Shown piece after piece: positions 37,638 through 52,200 of a DNA stretch of 64,000 nt. This DNA comes from Octopus sinensis (taxonomy: Eukaryota). The DNA lies in the NCBI RefSeq assembly GCF_006345805.1, contig NC_043025.1, positions 11,098,001-11,162,000 of the forward strand, read 5' to 3'. The notes below the pieces were generated by a model, which had not been told where the DNA came from, ran no database searches, and saw nothing but the letters and a program-made list of their open reading frames with translations. Each line of letters starts with the position of its first letter. Position 1 is the stretch's first letter. The position numbers were made by a program, and so were the translations under genes.

Positions 37638-38480
37638 TTAGTTAGTTAGTTAGTTAATTTGGCTCAAAAGCAAATAGCAAGGCCATGTAGGGGGACATGG
37701 AGTTAAGTACAGGGTGGTGTTCATGTAAAGAGTTCAGGCCACTTGAGGTCCAGGGAGGCTTTGAACAAAGTGGTCGTCGGCATCTTCACCATCTCGTCTG
37801 GCAGCTTGTTCCATAGCAAGGCCATGTAGGGGGACATGGAGTTAAGTACAGGGTGGTGTTCATGTAAAGAGTTCAGGCCACTTGAGGTCCAGGGAGGCTT
37901 TGAACAAAGCGGTCGTCGGCATCTTCACCATCTCGTCTGGCAGCTTGTTCCACGGATCCGCAACCCGGACGGAGAAAGCTCCTCTCCTTCGATTGAGATG
38001 AAATCGTCGCAGGTAGAGCTTTTCGGAATGACCCCGCAGCCGACGCTCTGGAGCAGGAGTGAAGAACAGCTCTTTCGAGAGGTTACACTTTCCGCTCATA
38101 ATGTTGTGGGCGAGAATGAGATCACCACGGCGGCGGCGTTTTTCAAGAGAATAAAGGTCGAGTGTCGTCAGCCTTTCTTCGTAGGACAAATTTTAGAGAC
38201 CATGAACCATGCGGGTAGCCAGCTTCTGGACTCTTTTGAGATGCTGTATGTCTTTGAGGAGATAAGGAGAAGAGGCTTGAATCCCATACTCCAATATGGG
38301 TCTCACCAGCGTGACATAGAGCAGTAGGAATATGGCTGCTGTGAGCATTCCGAATGACCGTCGAATCAAGAACAGAATTCCGCGTGCTTTGTTGGCAGCA
38401 TGGATGCACTGGGCCGAAGGCGAAAAGGAGGAATCCACCAAGAGGCGAAAACGGGATCCAAGTGTGGTAGCATGTGTGGA
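37638..38480 (-). mobile_element. 5'-truncated CR1-clade LINE (ORF2 C-terminus, 3' UTR, (AACT)n tail), one in-frame stop
   Basis: LYVTLVRPILEYGIQASSPY...ATRMVHGL*NLSYEERL...LEKRRRRGDLI...RGHSEKL...FSVRVADPWNKLP are CR1 ORF2 motifs; 139-bp tandem duplication at 37675-37952. Confidence 0.9.
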
Positions 38481-38979
38481 GCATACTTAGTCTAGTGCAA
38501 CTTCAAGAAGGTTCACACCTAAAACATCACAGCAAAATAATGTTGTTGAGGCGACACTTTGTACTAGTATATACTGGAAAGGGTCGAGAAATCTACAGCC
38601 TGAATTCAGTAAATAAGCACAACAGATTTTTCAAGACTTAACAGAGAACAAATGATTTCTTAAATCAAGAAGAAAAAGCAATGAAAATGTTAAGGTTTTT
38701 ACACTTTGCATACACAACACACAACACACATACATAAAATATATAAATATACAATTATACAAAATGTATAACACATCCAAAATATGCAAATACACACTGA
38801 ATTAATATATATGTGAAAATCAAATCAAATCAAATCAAACCAAATCAAAATAGATGAACATCAATGGAATTTGTATCTTTGTGGTACCAGTGCTGGTGGC
38901 ACATAAGAAAACCATCCGAACGGGACCGTAGCCAGTATCGCATCGACTGGCCTCCGTGCTGTGGGCACGTAACAAACAG

Positions 38980-39445
38980 CATCCGATCGTGGCCGTTCGC
39001 CAGCCTCGTCTGGCACCTGCGTCGGTGGCACATAAGACAACACCGAAAACACCATCCGAGCGTGGCCGTCTGCCAGCCTCGTCTGGCACCTGTGTCGGTG
39101 GCACATAAGAAAACACCATCCGAGCGTGGCCATCTGCCAAGAAAACACCGAAAACACCATCCGAGCGTGGCCGTCTGCCAGCCTCGTCTGGCACCTGTGT
39201 CGGTGGCACATAAAAAACACCATCCAAGCGTGGCCGTCTGCCAGCCTCGTCTGGCACCTGTGTCGGTGGCACATAAAATCACCCACTACACTCTCGGAGT
39301 GGTTGGCGTTAGGAAGGGCATCCAGCTGTAGAAACACTGCCAGATCTGACTGGCCTGGTGCAGCCTTCGGGCTTGCCAGACCCCAGTTGAACCGTCCAAC
39401 CCATGCTAGCATGGAAAGCGGACGTTAAACGATGATGATGATGAT
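38980..39445 (+). repeat. (GAT)n-tailed retroposon with 4-5 internal 63-bp units
   Basis: Same unit as 32920-33630. Confidence 0.85.
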
Positions 39446-39482
39446 ATATATATAAAATGCATAATACATATCATACAAAATG

Positions 39483-39532
<50 letters not shown>

Positions 39533-39539
39533 TACATAT

Positions 39540-39705
39540 ATACGACAGGCTTCTTTCAGTTTCCGTCTACCAAATCCACTCACAAGGCATTGGTCGGCCC
39601 GGGGCTATAGCAGAAGACACGTGCCCAAGATGCCACGCAGTGGGAGTGAACCCGGAACCATGTGGTTGGTTAGCAAGCTACTTACCACACAGCCACTCCC
39701 GCACC

Positions 39706-39737
<32 letters not shown>

Positions 39738-39759
39738 AATACATATATATATATATAAT

Positions 39760-39803
<44 letters not shown>

Positions 39804-40571
39804 AATACATATATATGTATATATATATACATATATACAACAGGCTTCTTTCAGTTTCCGTCTACCAAATCCACTCACAAGGCATTGGTCGGCCTGGGGC
39901 TATAGCAGAAGACACGTGCCCAAGATGCCACGCAGTGGGAGTGAACCCGGAACCATGTGGTTGGTTAGCAAGCTACTTACCACACAGCCACTCCCGCACC
40001 TATATATATATATAAATTCAAAAGTCAAGTAAGTTTATCATTATCTTTTAAAAAATAATGATAAACTGGCCACCAAACGTCATCCAAATCGACAAAATAT
40101 ACATTAAAAGTCACCGCCTTCAATATTTGGCACACATGGTGGAGATGTAAACACCCCCACACACACATAAACATACATACAAACATATACACAGACATAT
40201 ATATATACATACACATAGGCGCAGGAGTGGCTGTGTGGTAAGTAGCTTGCTAACCAACCACATGGTTCCGGGTTCAGTCCCACTGCGTGGCATCTTGGGC
40301 AAGTGTCTTCTGCTATAGCCCCGGGCCGACCAAAGCCTTGTGAGTGGATTTGGTAGACAGAAACTGAAAGAAGCCTGTCGTATATATATATATATATACA
40401 TATATATAGGCGCAGGAGTGGCTGTGTGGTAAGTAGCTTGCTAACCAACCACATGGTTCCGGGTTCAGTCCCACTGTGTGGCATCTTCGACAAGTGTCTT
40501 CTGCTATAGCCCTGGGCCGACCAATGCCTTGTAAGTGGATTTGGTAGACAGAAACTGAAAGAAGCCTGTCG

Positions 40572-40605
<34 letters not shown>

Positions 40606-40973
40606 TATAGGTGCAGGAGTGGCTGTGTGGTAAGTAGCTTGCTAACCAACCACATGGTTCCGGGTTCACTCCCACTGCGTGACATTTTGGGCAAGTGTCT
40701 TCTGCAATAGCCCCGGGCCGACCAAAGCCTTGTGAGTGGATTTGGTAGACGGAAACTGAAAGAAGCCTGTCGTATATATATATATATATATATATACATA
40801 TATATAGGCGCAGGAGTGGCTGTGTGGTAAATAGCTTGCTAACCAACCACATGGTTCCGGGTTCACTCCCACTGCGTGACATCTTGGGCAAGTGTCTTCT
40901 GCAATAGCCCCGGGCCGACCAAAGCCTTGTGAGTGGATTTGGTAGACGGAAACTGAAAGAAGCCTGTCGTATG

Positions 40974-41010
<37 letters not shown>

Positions 41011-41166
41011 GGAGTGGCTATGTAGTGAGTAGCTTGCTAACCAACCACATGGTGCTGGGTTCAGTCCCACTGCGTGGCATCTTGGACAAGTGTCTTCTGC
41101 TATAGCCTCGGGCCGACCAAAGCCTTGTGAGTGGATTTGGTAGACGGAAACTGAAAGAAGCCTGTC

Positions 41167-41206
<40 letters not shown>

Positions 41207-42620
41207 TTGTGTGTCTGTGTTTGTTCCCCTAGCATTGCTTGACAACCGATACTGGTGTGTTTACGTCCCCGTCACTTAGCGGTCCGGCAAAAAAGAGACC
41301 GATAGAATAAGTACTGGGCTTACAAAAAGAATAAGTCCCGGGGTCGAGTTGCTCGACTAAAAAGGCGGTGCTCCAGCATGGCCGCAGTCAAATGACTGAA
41401 ACAAGTAAAAGAGTAAAGAGTGTAATACACACACACACACACATATATATGTAAATTCAAAAGTCAAGTAAGTTTATCATTATCTTTTAAAAAATAATGA
41501 TAAGCTGGCCACCAAACATCATCCAAATCGACAAAATATACATTAAAAGTCAGGGACGAGTGTTTTCCTAAATATATTTTCTATGTTATTCGTACGTGTT
41601 TACATATAGTGAGAGATGCGCAGTTTTGGGGAGTTTTTAACTCTTCTTTCTAACAAACAGGTATATGTTGTACCTGACGTTTAATTCATCTGCTGCCGGG
41701 TTCAGTCCCACTGTGTGGCATCTTGGGCAAGTGTCTTCTGCTATAGCCCCAGGCCGACCAAAGCCTTGAGAGTGGATTTGGTAGACGGAAACTGAAAGAA
41801 GCCTGTCGTATATATGTATATATATACATATATATAGGCGCAGGAGTGGCTGTGTGGTAAGTAGCTTGCTAACCAATCACATGGTTCCGGGTTCAGTCCC
41901 ACTGCGTGGCATCTTGGACAAGTGTCTTCTGCTATAGCCCCGGGCCGACCAAAGCCTTGTGAGTGGATTTGGTAGGCGGAAACTGAAAGAAGCCTGTCAT
42001 ATATATATATATATATGCAGGAGTGGCTGTGTGGTGAGTAGCTTGCTAACCAACCACATAGTTCAGGGTTCACTCCCACTGCGTGACATCTTGGGCAAGT
42101 GTCTTCTGCTATAGCCCCGGGCCGACCAAAGCCTTGTGAGTGGATTTGGTAGACGGAAACTGAAAGAAGCCTGTCGTATATATATGTGTGTGTGTCTGTG
42201 TTTGTCCCCCTGCCTTTTATTACTCTCTCTTTCACTTGTTTCAGTCATTTGACTGCGGCCATGCTGGAGCACCGCCTTTTAGTCGAGCAAATCGACCCCG
42301 GGACTTATTCTTTTGTAAGCCCAGTACTTATTCTATTGGTCTCTTTTGCCGAACCGCTAAATGACGGGGATGTAAACACACCAGCATCGGTTGTCAAGCA
42401 GAGGGACAAACACAGACACACAAACACACACATACATATATATATATATACATATATACGACGGGCTTCTTTCAGTTTCCGTCTACCAAATCCACTCAGA
42501 AGGCTTTGGTCGGCCCGGGGCTGTAATAGAAGACACTTGCCCAAGGTACCACGCTGAGGGATTGAACCCGGAACCATGTGGTTGGTAAACAAGCTACCTA
42601 CCACACAGCCACTCCTGCGC
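39540..42620. repeat. Cluster of 177-family SINE heads and tails in both orientations, separated by (TA)n
   Basis: Minus heads ~39540-40000; plus heads x5 plus tail ~40217-41420; plus heads ~41695-42190; minus full copy ~42230-42620. Confidence 0.85.
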
Positions 42621-42885
42621 CTTGTTATTATTATAACCATGTGGTTGATATATATATGTTCTGTACAGGTGTGTCATATTTGTATAGGGATGGGCGTGGA
42701 GTGGGGCGATTAGTGGATATAATGGGAGGGAGTGGGGGAGGAAATTGGGGGATAAGGTGAGTGAAGGGGGTGTGTATGGTATTATTGAATGTATGTGTAC
42801 TCATGCACACGCACGTGTATATGAGAGAATTGAGTGCGTGAATGCACGTATGTTCGTGTGAGAATGCGTGTATATTTATATGTGT

Positions 42886-43205
42886 GTATCAACTATCTGT
42901 CTTACTAGCTGCATCGCCAAACTGATGGAATCCTGTATCAGAGAAACCCTCTGGAACTTCTGGAAGTCTCACAGCCTCATCCAGCCGTCACAATTCGAAT
43001 TTATTCCTAACTCCAGCTGCTGTAATCAACTCATCGAGTTTCTTGAGGACGTTACCCAAATCACTGATCGCGGATCCTCGGTGGATGTTGTTTGTATGAT
43101 GGTTGATAATTTTATGGATGTCTGCCAAGTCAGCTGCCAGACGTCGGAGTTTCAATGTGTCCATGCCCAGGGAAGTAAGGCGTTCAGGATATGGCAAATG
43201 CCTGA
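42886..43205. pseudogene. Rearranged CR1 ORF2 fragments: RT N-terminal piece (+) fused to an inverted C-terminal piece (-)
   Basis: + 42886-~43086: STICLTSCIAKLMESCIRETL...SQFEFIPNSSCCNQLIEFLEDVT...VDVV. - ~43087-43205: IRHLPYPERLTSLGMDTLKLRRLAADLADIHKIINH. Confidence 0.85.
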
Positions 43206-46200
43206 TGCATCCTTCAAAACTTCCATGCTTCCTGAGATTCGCCAACACTACACCTGATCTCCTCCCCTCCATACTCACGCTGAAGCATGGAACAAACTGC
43301 CGGCATCAGTTGTTAGTTGTCGGAGCACTGCATCCTTCAAAACTTCAAAACTTCCATGCTTTCTGAGATTCGCCAACACTACACCTGATTTTCTTCCCTC
43401 CATACACATGCTGAAGCATGGAACAAACTGCTGGCATCAGTTGTTAGTTGTCGGAGCACTGCATCCTTCAAAACTTCCATGCTTCCTGAGATTCGCCAAC
43501 ACTACACCTGATCTTCTCCCCTCCATACACATGCTGAAGCATGGAACAAACTGCCGGCATCAGTTGTTAGTTGTCAGAGCACTGCATCCTTCAAAACTTC
43601 CATGCTTCCTGAGATTCGCCAACACTACACCTGATCTTCTCCCCTCCATACACATGCTGAAGCATGGAACAAACTGCCGGCATCAGTTGTTAGTTGTCAG
43701 AGCACTGCATCCTTCAAAACTTCCATGCTTCCTGAGATTCGCCAACACTACACCTGATCTCCTCCCCTCCATAACACGCTGAAGCATGGAACAAACTGCG
43801 GCATCAGTTTTTAGTTGTCGGAGCACTGCATCCTTCAAAACTTCAAAACTTCCATGCTTTCTGAGATTCGCCAACCTACCACCTGATTTCCTCCCCCATA
43901 CACATGCTGAAGCATGGACAAAACTGCCGGCATCAGTTGTTAGATGTCGGAGCACTGCATCCTTCAAAACTTCAAAACGTCCATGCTTTGAGAGATTCGC
44001 CAACAACACTGATCTCCTCCCCACCTGTTTTTCCCCTCCATACTCACGCTGAAGCATGGAACAAACTGCCGGCATCAGTTGTTAGTTGTCGGAGCACTGC
44101 ATCCTTCAAAACTTCAAAACTTCCATGCTTTCTGAGATTCGCCAACACTACACTGATTTTCTCCCCTCCATACACATGCTGAAGCATGGAACAAACTGCT
44201 GGCATCAGTTGTTAGTTGTCGGAGCACTGCATCCTTCAAAACTTCCATGCTTCCTGAGATTCGCAACACTACACCTGATCTCCCCTCCATACACACGCTG
44301 AAGCATGGAACAAACTGCCGGCATCAGTGTTAGTTGTCGAGCACTGCATCCTTCAAAACTTCCATGCTTCCTGAGATTCGCCAACACTACACCTGAACTT
44401 CTCCCCTCCATACACACGTGAAGCATGGAACAAACTGCTGGCATCAGTTGTTAGTTGTCGGAGCACTGCATCCTTCAAAACTTCCATGCTTCCTGAGATT
44501 CGCCAACACTACACCTGATCTTCTCCCCTCCATACACACGCTGAAGCATGGAACAAACTGCTGGCATCAGTTGTTAGTTGTTGGAGCACTGCATCCTTCA
44601 AAACTTCCATGCTTCCTGAGATTCGCCAACACTACACCTGATCTTCTCCCCTCCATACACACGCTGAAGCATGGAACAAACTGCCGGCATCAGTTGTTGG
44701 TTGTCAGAGCACTGCATCCTTCAAAACTTCCATGCTTCCTGAGATTCGCCAACACTACACCTGATATCTCCCCTCCATACACATGCTGAAGCATGGAACA
44801 AACTGCCGGCATCAGTGTTAGTTGTCAGAGCACTGCATCCTCCAAAACTCCATGCTTCCTGAGATTCGCCAACACTACACCTGATCTCCTCCCCTCCATA
44901 CTCACGCTGAAGCATGGAACAAACTGCCGGCATCAGTTGTTAGTTGTCGGAGCACTGCATCCTTCAAAACTTCAAAACTTCCATGCTTTCTGAGATTCGC
45001 CAACACTACACCTGATTTCCTCCCCTCCATACACATGCTGAAGCATGGAACAAACTGCCGGCATCAGTTGTTAGTTGTCGGAGCACTGCATCCTTCAAAA
45101 CTTCAAAACTTCCATGCTTCCTGAGATTCGCCAACACTACACCTGATCTCCTCCCCTCCATACTCACGCTGAAGCATGGAACAAACTGCCGGCATCAGTT
45201 GTTAGTTGTCAGAGCACTGCATCCTTCAAAACTTCCATGCTTCCTGAGAGATTTGCCAACACTACACCTGATCTTCTCCCCTCCATACACACGCTGAAGC
45301 ATGGAACAAACTGCTGGCATCGGTTGTTAGTTGTCGGAGCACTGCATCCTTCAAAACTTCCATGCTTCCTGAGAGATTCGCCAACACTACACCGATCTTC
45401 TCTCTCCCCCTCCATACACACGCTGAAGCATGGAACAAACTGCCGGCATCAGTTGTTAGTTGTCGGAGCACTGCATCCTTCAAACCTTCCATGCTTCCTG
45501 AGATTCGCCAACACTACACCTGATCTCCTCCCCTCCATACACACGCGAAGCATGGAACAAACTGCCGGCATCAGTTGTTAGTTGTCGGAGCACTGCATCC
45601 TTCAAAACTTCCATGCTTCTGAGATTCGCCAACACTACACCTGATCTTCTCCCCTCCATACACACGCTGAAGCATGGAACAAACTGCCGGCATCAGTTGT
45701 TAGTTGTCGAGCACTGCATCCTTCAAAACTTCCATGCTTCCTGAGATTCGCCAACACTACACCTGATCTTCTCCCCTCCATACACACGCTGAGCATGGAA
45801 CAAACTGCCGGCATCAGTTGTTAGTTGTCGAGCACTGCATCCTTCAAAACTTCCATGCTTCCTGAGATTCGCCAACACTACCACCTGATTTCTCCCACTC
45901 CCCTCCATACACACGCTGAAGCATGAACAAACTGCCGGCATCAGTTGTTAGTTGTGTCAGAGCACTGCATCCTTCAAAACTTCCATGCTTCCTGAGATTC
46001 GCCAACACTACACCTGATTTTCTCCCCTCCATACAGACGCTGAAGCATGGAACAAACTGCCGGCATCAGTTGTTAGTTGCCGGAGCACTGCATCCTTCAA
46101 AACTTCCATGCTTCCTGAGATTCGCCAACACTACACCTGATTTTCTCCCCTCCATACACACGCTGAAGCATGGAACAAACTGCCGGCATCAGTTGTTAGT

Positions 46201-49200
46201 TGTCGGAGCACTGCATCCTTCAAAACTTCCATACTTCCTGAGATTCGCCAACACTACACCTGATTTTCTCCCCTCCATACACACGCTGAAGCATGGAACA
46301 AACTGCCGGCATCAGTTGTTAGTTGTCGGAGCACTGCATCCTTCAAAACTTCCATGCTTCCTGAGATTCGCCAACACTACACCTGATCTTCTCCCCTCCA
46401 TACACATGCTGAAGCATGGAACAAACTGCCGGCATCAGTTGTTAGTTGTCAGAGCACTGCATCCTTCAAAACTTCCATGCTTCCTGAGATTCGCCAACAC
46501 TACACCTGATCTCCTCCCCTCCATACTCACGCTGAAGCATGGAACAAACTGCCGGCATCAGTTGTTAGTTGTCGGAGCACTGCATCCTTCAAAACTTCAA
46601 AACTTCCATGCTTTCTGAGATTCGCCAACACTACACCTGATTTCCTCCCCTCCATACACATGCTGAAGCATGGAACAAACTGCCGGCATCAGTTGTTAGT
46701 TGTCGGAGCACTGCATCCTTCAAAACTTCAAAACTTCCATGCTTCCTGAGATTCGCCAACACTACACCTGATCTCCTCCCCTCCATACTCACGCTGAAGC
46801 ATGGAACAAACTGCCGGCATCAGTTGTTAGTTGTCGGAGCACTGCATCCTTCAAAACTTCAAAACTTCCATGCTTTCTGAGATTCGCCAACACTACACCG
46901 GATTTTCTTCCCTCCATACACATGCTGAAGCATGGAACAAACTGCCGGCATCAGTTGTTAGTTGTCGGAGCACTGCATCCTTCAAAACTTCCATGCTTCC
47001 TGAGATTCGCCAACACTACACCTGCTCTTCTCCACTCCATACACTGCTGAAGCATGGAACAAACTGCCGGCATCAGTTGTTAGTTGTCGGAGCACCTGCA
47101 TCCTTCAAGACTTCCATGCTTCCTGAATTCGCCAACCCTACACCTGATCTCTCCCCTCCAAACACACGCTGAGCATGGAACAAACTGCCGGCATCAGTTG
47201 TTGGTTGTCGGAGCACTGATCCTCCTTCAAAACTTCCATGCTTTCTGAGATTCGCCAACCTACACCTGATTTTCTCCCCTCCATACACACGCTGAAGCAT
47301 GGAACAAACTGCCGGCATCAGTTGTTAGTTGTCGGAGCACTGCATCCTTCAAAACTTCCATGCTTCCTGAGATTCGCCAACACTACACCTGATCTTCTCC
47401 CCTCCATACACACGCTGAAGCATGGAACAAACTGCCGGCATCAGTTGTTAGTTGTCGGAGCACTGCATCCTTGAAAACTTCCATGCTTCCTGAGATCGCC
47501 AAACTACACCTGATCTTCTCCACTCCATACACACGCTGAAGCATGAACAAACTGCCGGCATCAGTTGTTAGTTGTCGGAGCACTGCATCCTTCAAAACTT
47601 CCATGCTTCCTGAGATCGCCAACACTACACCTGATTTTCTCCCCTCCATACCACGCTGAAGCATGGAACAAACAAACTGCCGGCATCAGTTGTTAGTTGT
47701 CGGAGCACTGCATCCTTCAAAACTTCCATGCTTCCTGAGATTCGCCAACACTACACCTGATCTTCTCCTCCCCTCCATACACACGCTGAAGCATGGAACA
47801 AACTGCCGGCATCAGTTGTTAGTTGTCGGAGCACTGCATCCTTCAAAACTTCCATGCTTCCTGAGATTCGCCAACACTACACCTGATCTTCTCTCCCCTC
47901 CATACACACGCTGAAGCATGGAACAAACTGCCGGCATCAGTTGTTAGTTGTCGGAGCACTGCATCCTTCAAAACTTCCATGCTTCCTGAGATTCGCCAAC
48001 ACTACACCTGATCTTCTCCCCTCCATACACACGCTGAAGCATGGAACAAACTGCCGGCATCAGTTGTTAGTTGTCGGAGCACTGCATCCTTCAAAACTTC
48101 AAAACTTCCATGCTTTCTGAGATTCGCAACACTACAACTGATCTTCTCCTCCCCTCCATACACACGCTGAAGCATGGAACAAACTGCCGGCATCATTGTT
48201 AGTTGTCGGAGCACTGCATCCTTCAAAACTTCCATGCTTCCTGAGATTCGCCAACACTACACCTGATCTTCTCCCCTCCATACACACGCTGAAGCATGGA
48301 ACAAACTGCCGCATCAGTTGTTAGTTGTCGGAGCACTGCATCCTTCAAAACTTCCATGCTTCCTGAGATTCGCCAACACTACACCTGATCTTCTCCCCTC
48401 CATACACACGCTGAAGCATGGAACAAACTGCCGGCATCAGTTGTTAGTTGTCGGAGCACTGCATATCCTTCAAAACTTCCATGCTTCCTGAGATTCGCCA
48501 ACACTACACCTGATTTTCTCCCCTCCATACACACGCTGAAGCATGGAACAAACTGCCGGCATCAGTTGTTAGTTGTCGGAGCACTGCATCCTTCAAAACT
48601 TCCATGCTTCCTGAGATTCGCCAACACTACACCTGATCTTCTCTCCCCTCCATACACACGCTGAAGCATGGAACAAACTGCCGGCATCAGTTGTTAGTTG
48701 TCGGAGCACTGCATCCTTCAAAACTTCCATTCCTTCTAGAGATTCGCCAACACTACACCTGCTTCTCCCCCTCCATACACACGCTGAAGCATGGAACAAA
48801 CTGCCGGCATCAGTTGTTAGTTGTCGGAGCACTGCATCCTTCAAAACTTCCATGCTTCCTGAGATTCGCCAACACTACACCTGATCTTCTCCCCTCCATA
48901 CACACGCTGAAGCATGGAACAAACTGCCGGCATCAGTTGTTAGTTGTCGGAGCACTGCATCCTTCAAAACTTCCATGCTTCCTGAGATTTGCCAACACTA
49001 CACCTGATCTTCTCCCCTCCATACACACGCTGAAGCATGGAACAAACTGCCGGCATCAGTTGTTAGTTGTCGGAGCACTGCATCCTTCAAAACTTCCATG
49101 CTTCCTGAGATTCGCCAACACTACACCTGATCTTCTCCCCTCCATACACACGCTGAAGCATGGAACAAACTGCCGGCATCAGTTGTTAGTTGTCGGAGCA

Positions 49201-52200
49201 CTGCATCCTTCAAAACTTCCATGCTTCCTGAGATTCGCCAACACTACACCTGATCTTCTCCCCTCCATACACACGCTGAAGCATGGAACAACTGCCGGCA
49301 TCAGTTGTTAGTTGTCGGAGCACTGCATCCTTCAAAACTTCCATGCTTCCTGAGATTCGCCAACACTACACCTGATCTTCTCCCCTCCATAACACACGCT
49401 GAAGCATGGAACAAACTGCCGGCATCAGTTGTTAGTTGTCGGAGCACTGCATCCTTCAAAACTTCCATGCTTTCTGAGATTCGCCAACACTACACCTGAT
49501 CTTCTCCCCTCCATACACACACGCTGAAGCATGGAACAAACTGCCGGCATCAGTTGTTAGTTGTCGGAGCACTGCATCCTTCAAAACTTCCATGCTTCCT
49601 GAGATTCGCCAACACTACACCATGATCTTCTCCTCCCCTCCATACACACGCTGAAGCATGGAACAAACTGCCGGCATCAGTTGTTAGTGTCGGAGCACTG
49701 CATCCTTCAAAACTTCCATGCTTCCTGAGATTCGCCAACACACTACACTAATTTTCTCCCCTCCATACACACGCTGAAGCATGGAACAACTGCCGGCATC
49801 AGTTGTTAGTTGTCGGAGCACTGCATCCTTCAAAACTTCCATGCTTCCTGAGATTCGCCAACACTAACCTGATTTTCTCCCTCCCCTCCATACACACTGA
49901 AGCATGGAACAAACTGCCGGCATCAGTTGTTAGTTGTCGGAGCACTGCATCCTTCAAAACTTCCATGCTTCCTGAGATTCGCCAACACTACACCTGATTT
50001 TCTCCCCTCCATACACACGCTGAAGCATGGAACAAACTGCCGGCATCAGTTGTTAGTTGTCGGAGCACTGCATCCTTCAAAACTTCCATGCTTCCTGAGA
50101 TTCGCCAACACTACACCTGATTTTCTCCCCTCCATACACACGCTGAAGCATGGAACAAACTGCCGGCATCAGTTGTTAGTTGTCGGAGCACTGCATCCTT
50201 CAAAACTTCCATGCTTCCTGAGATTCGCCAACACTACACCTGATCTCCTCCCCTCCATACACACGCTGAAGCATGGAACAAACTGCCGGCATCAGTTGTT
50301 AGTTGTCGGAGCACTGCATCCTTCAAAACTTCCATGCTTTCTGAGATTCGCCAACACTACACCTGATTTTCTCCCCTCCATACACACGCTGAAGCATGGA
50401 ACAAACTGCCGGCATCAGTTGTTAGTTGTCGGAGCACTGCACCTTCAAAACTTCCATGCTTCTGAGATTCGCCACACACTACACCTGATTTTCTCCCCTC
50501 CATACACAGCTGAAGCATGGAACAAACACTGCCGGCATCAGTTGTTAGTTGTCGGAGCACTGCATCCTTCAAAACTTCCATGCTTCCTGAGATTCGCCAA
50601 CACTACACTACTGATCTTCTCTCCCCTCCATACACAGCTGAAGCATGGAACAAACTGCCGGCATCAGTTGTTAGTTGTCGGAGCACTGCATCCTTCAAAA
50701 CTTCCATGCTTCCTGAATTCGCCAACACTACACCTGATCTTCTCCCCTCCATACACACGCTGAAGCAGGAACAAAACTGCCGGCATCAGTTGTTAGTGTG
50801 GGGAGCACTGCATCCTTCAAAACTTCCATGCTTCCTGAGATTCGCCAACACTACACCTGATCTTCTCCCCCCATACACACGCTGAAGCATGGAACAAACT
50901 GCCGCAATCAGTTTGTTAGTTGTCGAGCAGCACTGCATCCTTCAAAACTTCCATGCTTCCTGAGATTCGCCAACACTACACCTGATCTTCTCACCTGACT
51001 TCCCCTCCATACACAATGCTGAAGCATGGAACAAACTGCCGGCATCATTGTTAGTTGTCGGAGCACTGCATCCTCCTTCAAAACTTCCAAACTTCCAGCT
51101 TTCGGAAGTCGCCAACACTACAACTGATCTTCTCTCCCCTCTCCCCTCCATACACACTGAAGCTGGAACAAACTGCCGGCATCAGTTTTAGTTTGTCGGA
51201 GCACTGCATCCTTCAAAACTTCCATGCTTCCTGAGATTCGCCAACTACTACACCTGATCTTCTCCCCTCCATACACACGAAGCATGGAACAAACTGCCAA
51301 ACTGCCGGCATCAGTTGTTAGTTGTCGGAGCAACATCATTTCAAAACTTCCATGCTTCCTGAGATTCGCCAACACTACACCTGATCTTCTCCCCTCCATA
51401 CACACGCTGAAGCATGGAACAAACTGCCGGCATCAGTTGTTAGTTGTCGGAGCACTGCATCCTTCAAAACTTCCATGCTTCAAGAGATTCGCCAACACTA
51501 CACCTGATCTTCTCCCCTCCATACACACGCTGAAGCATGGAACAAAACTGCCGGCATCAGTTTGTAGTTGTCGGAGCACTGCATCCTTCAAAACTTCCAT
51601 GCTTCCTGAGATTCGCCAACACTACACCTGATCTTCTCCCTCCATACACACGCTGAAGCATGGAACAAACTGCCGGCATCAGTTGTTAGTTGTCGGAGCA
51701 CTGCATCCTTCAAAACTTCCATGCTTCCTGAGATTTGCCAACACTACACCTGATCTTCTCCCCTCCATACACACGCTGAAGCATGGAACAAACTGCCGGC
51801 ATCAGTTGTTAGTTGTCGGAGCACTGCATCCTTCAAAACTTCCATGCTTCCTGAGAGATTTGCCAACACTACACCTGATCTTCTCCCCTCCATACACACG
51901 CTGAAGCATGGAACAAACTGCTGGCATCGGTTGTTAGTTGTCGGAGCACTGCATCCTTCAAAACTTCCATGCTTCCTGAGAGATTCGCCAACACTACACC
52001 TGATCTTCTCCTCCCCTCCATACACACGCTGAAGCATGGAACAAACTGCCGGCATCAGTTGTTAGTTGTCGGAGCACTGCATCCTTCAAAACTTCCATGC
52101 TTCCTGAGATTCGCCAACACTACACCTGATCTCCTCCCCTCCATACACACGCTGAAGCATGGAACAAACTGCCGGCATCAGTTGTTAGTTGTCGGAGCAC

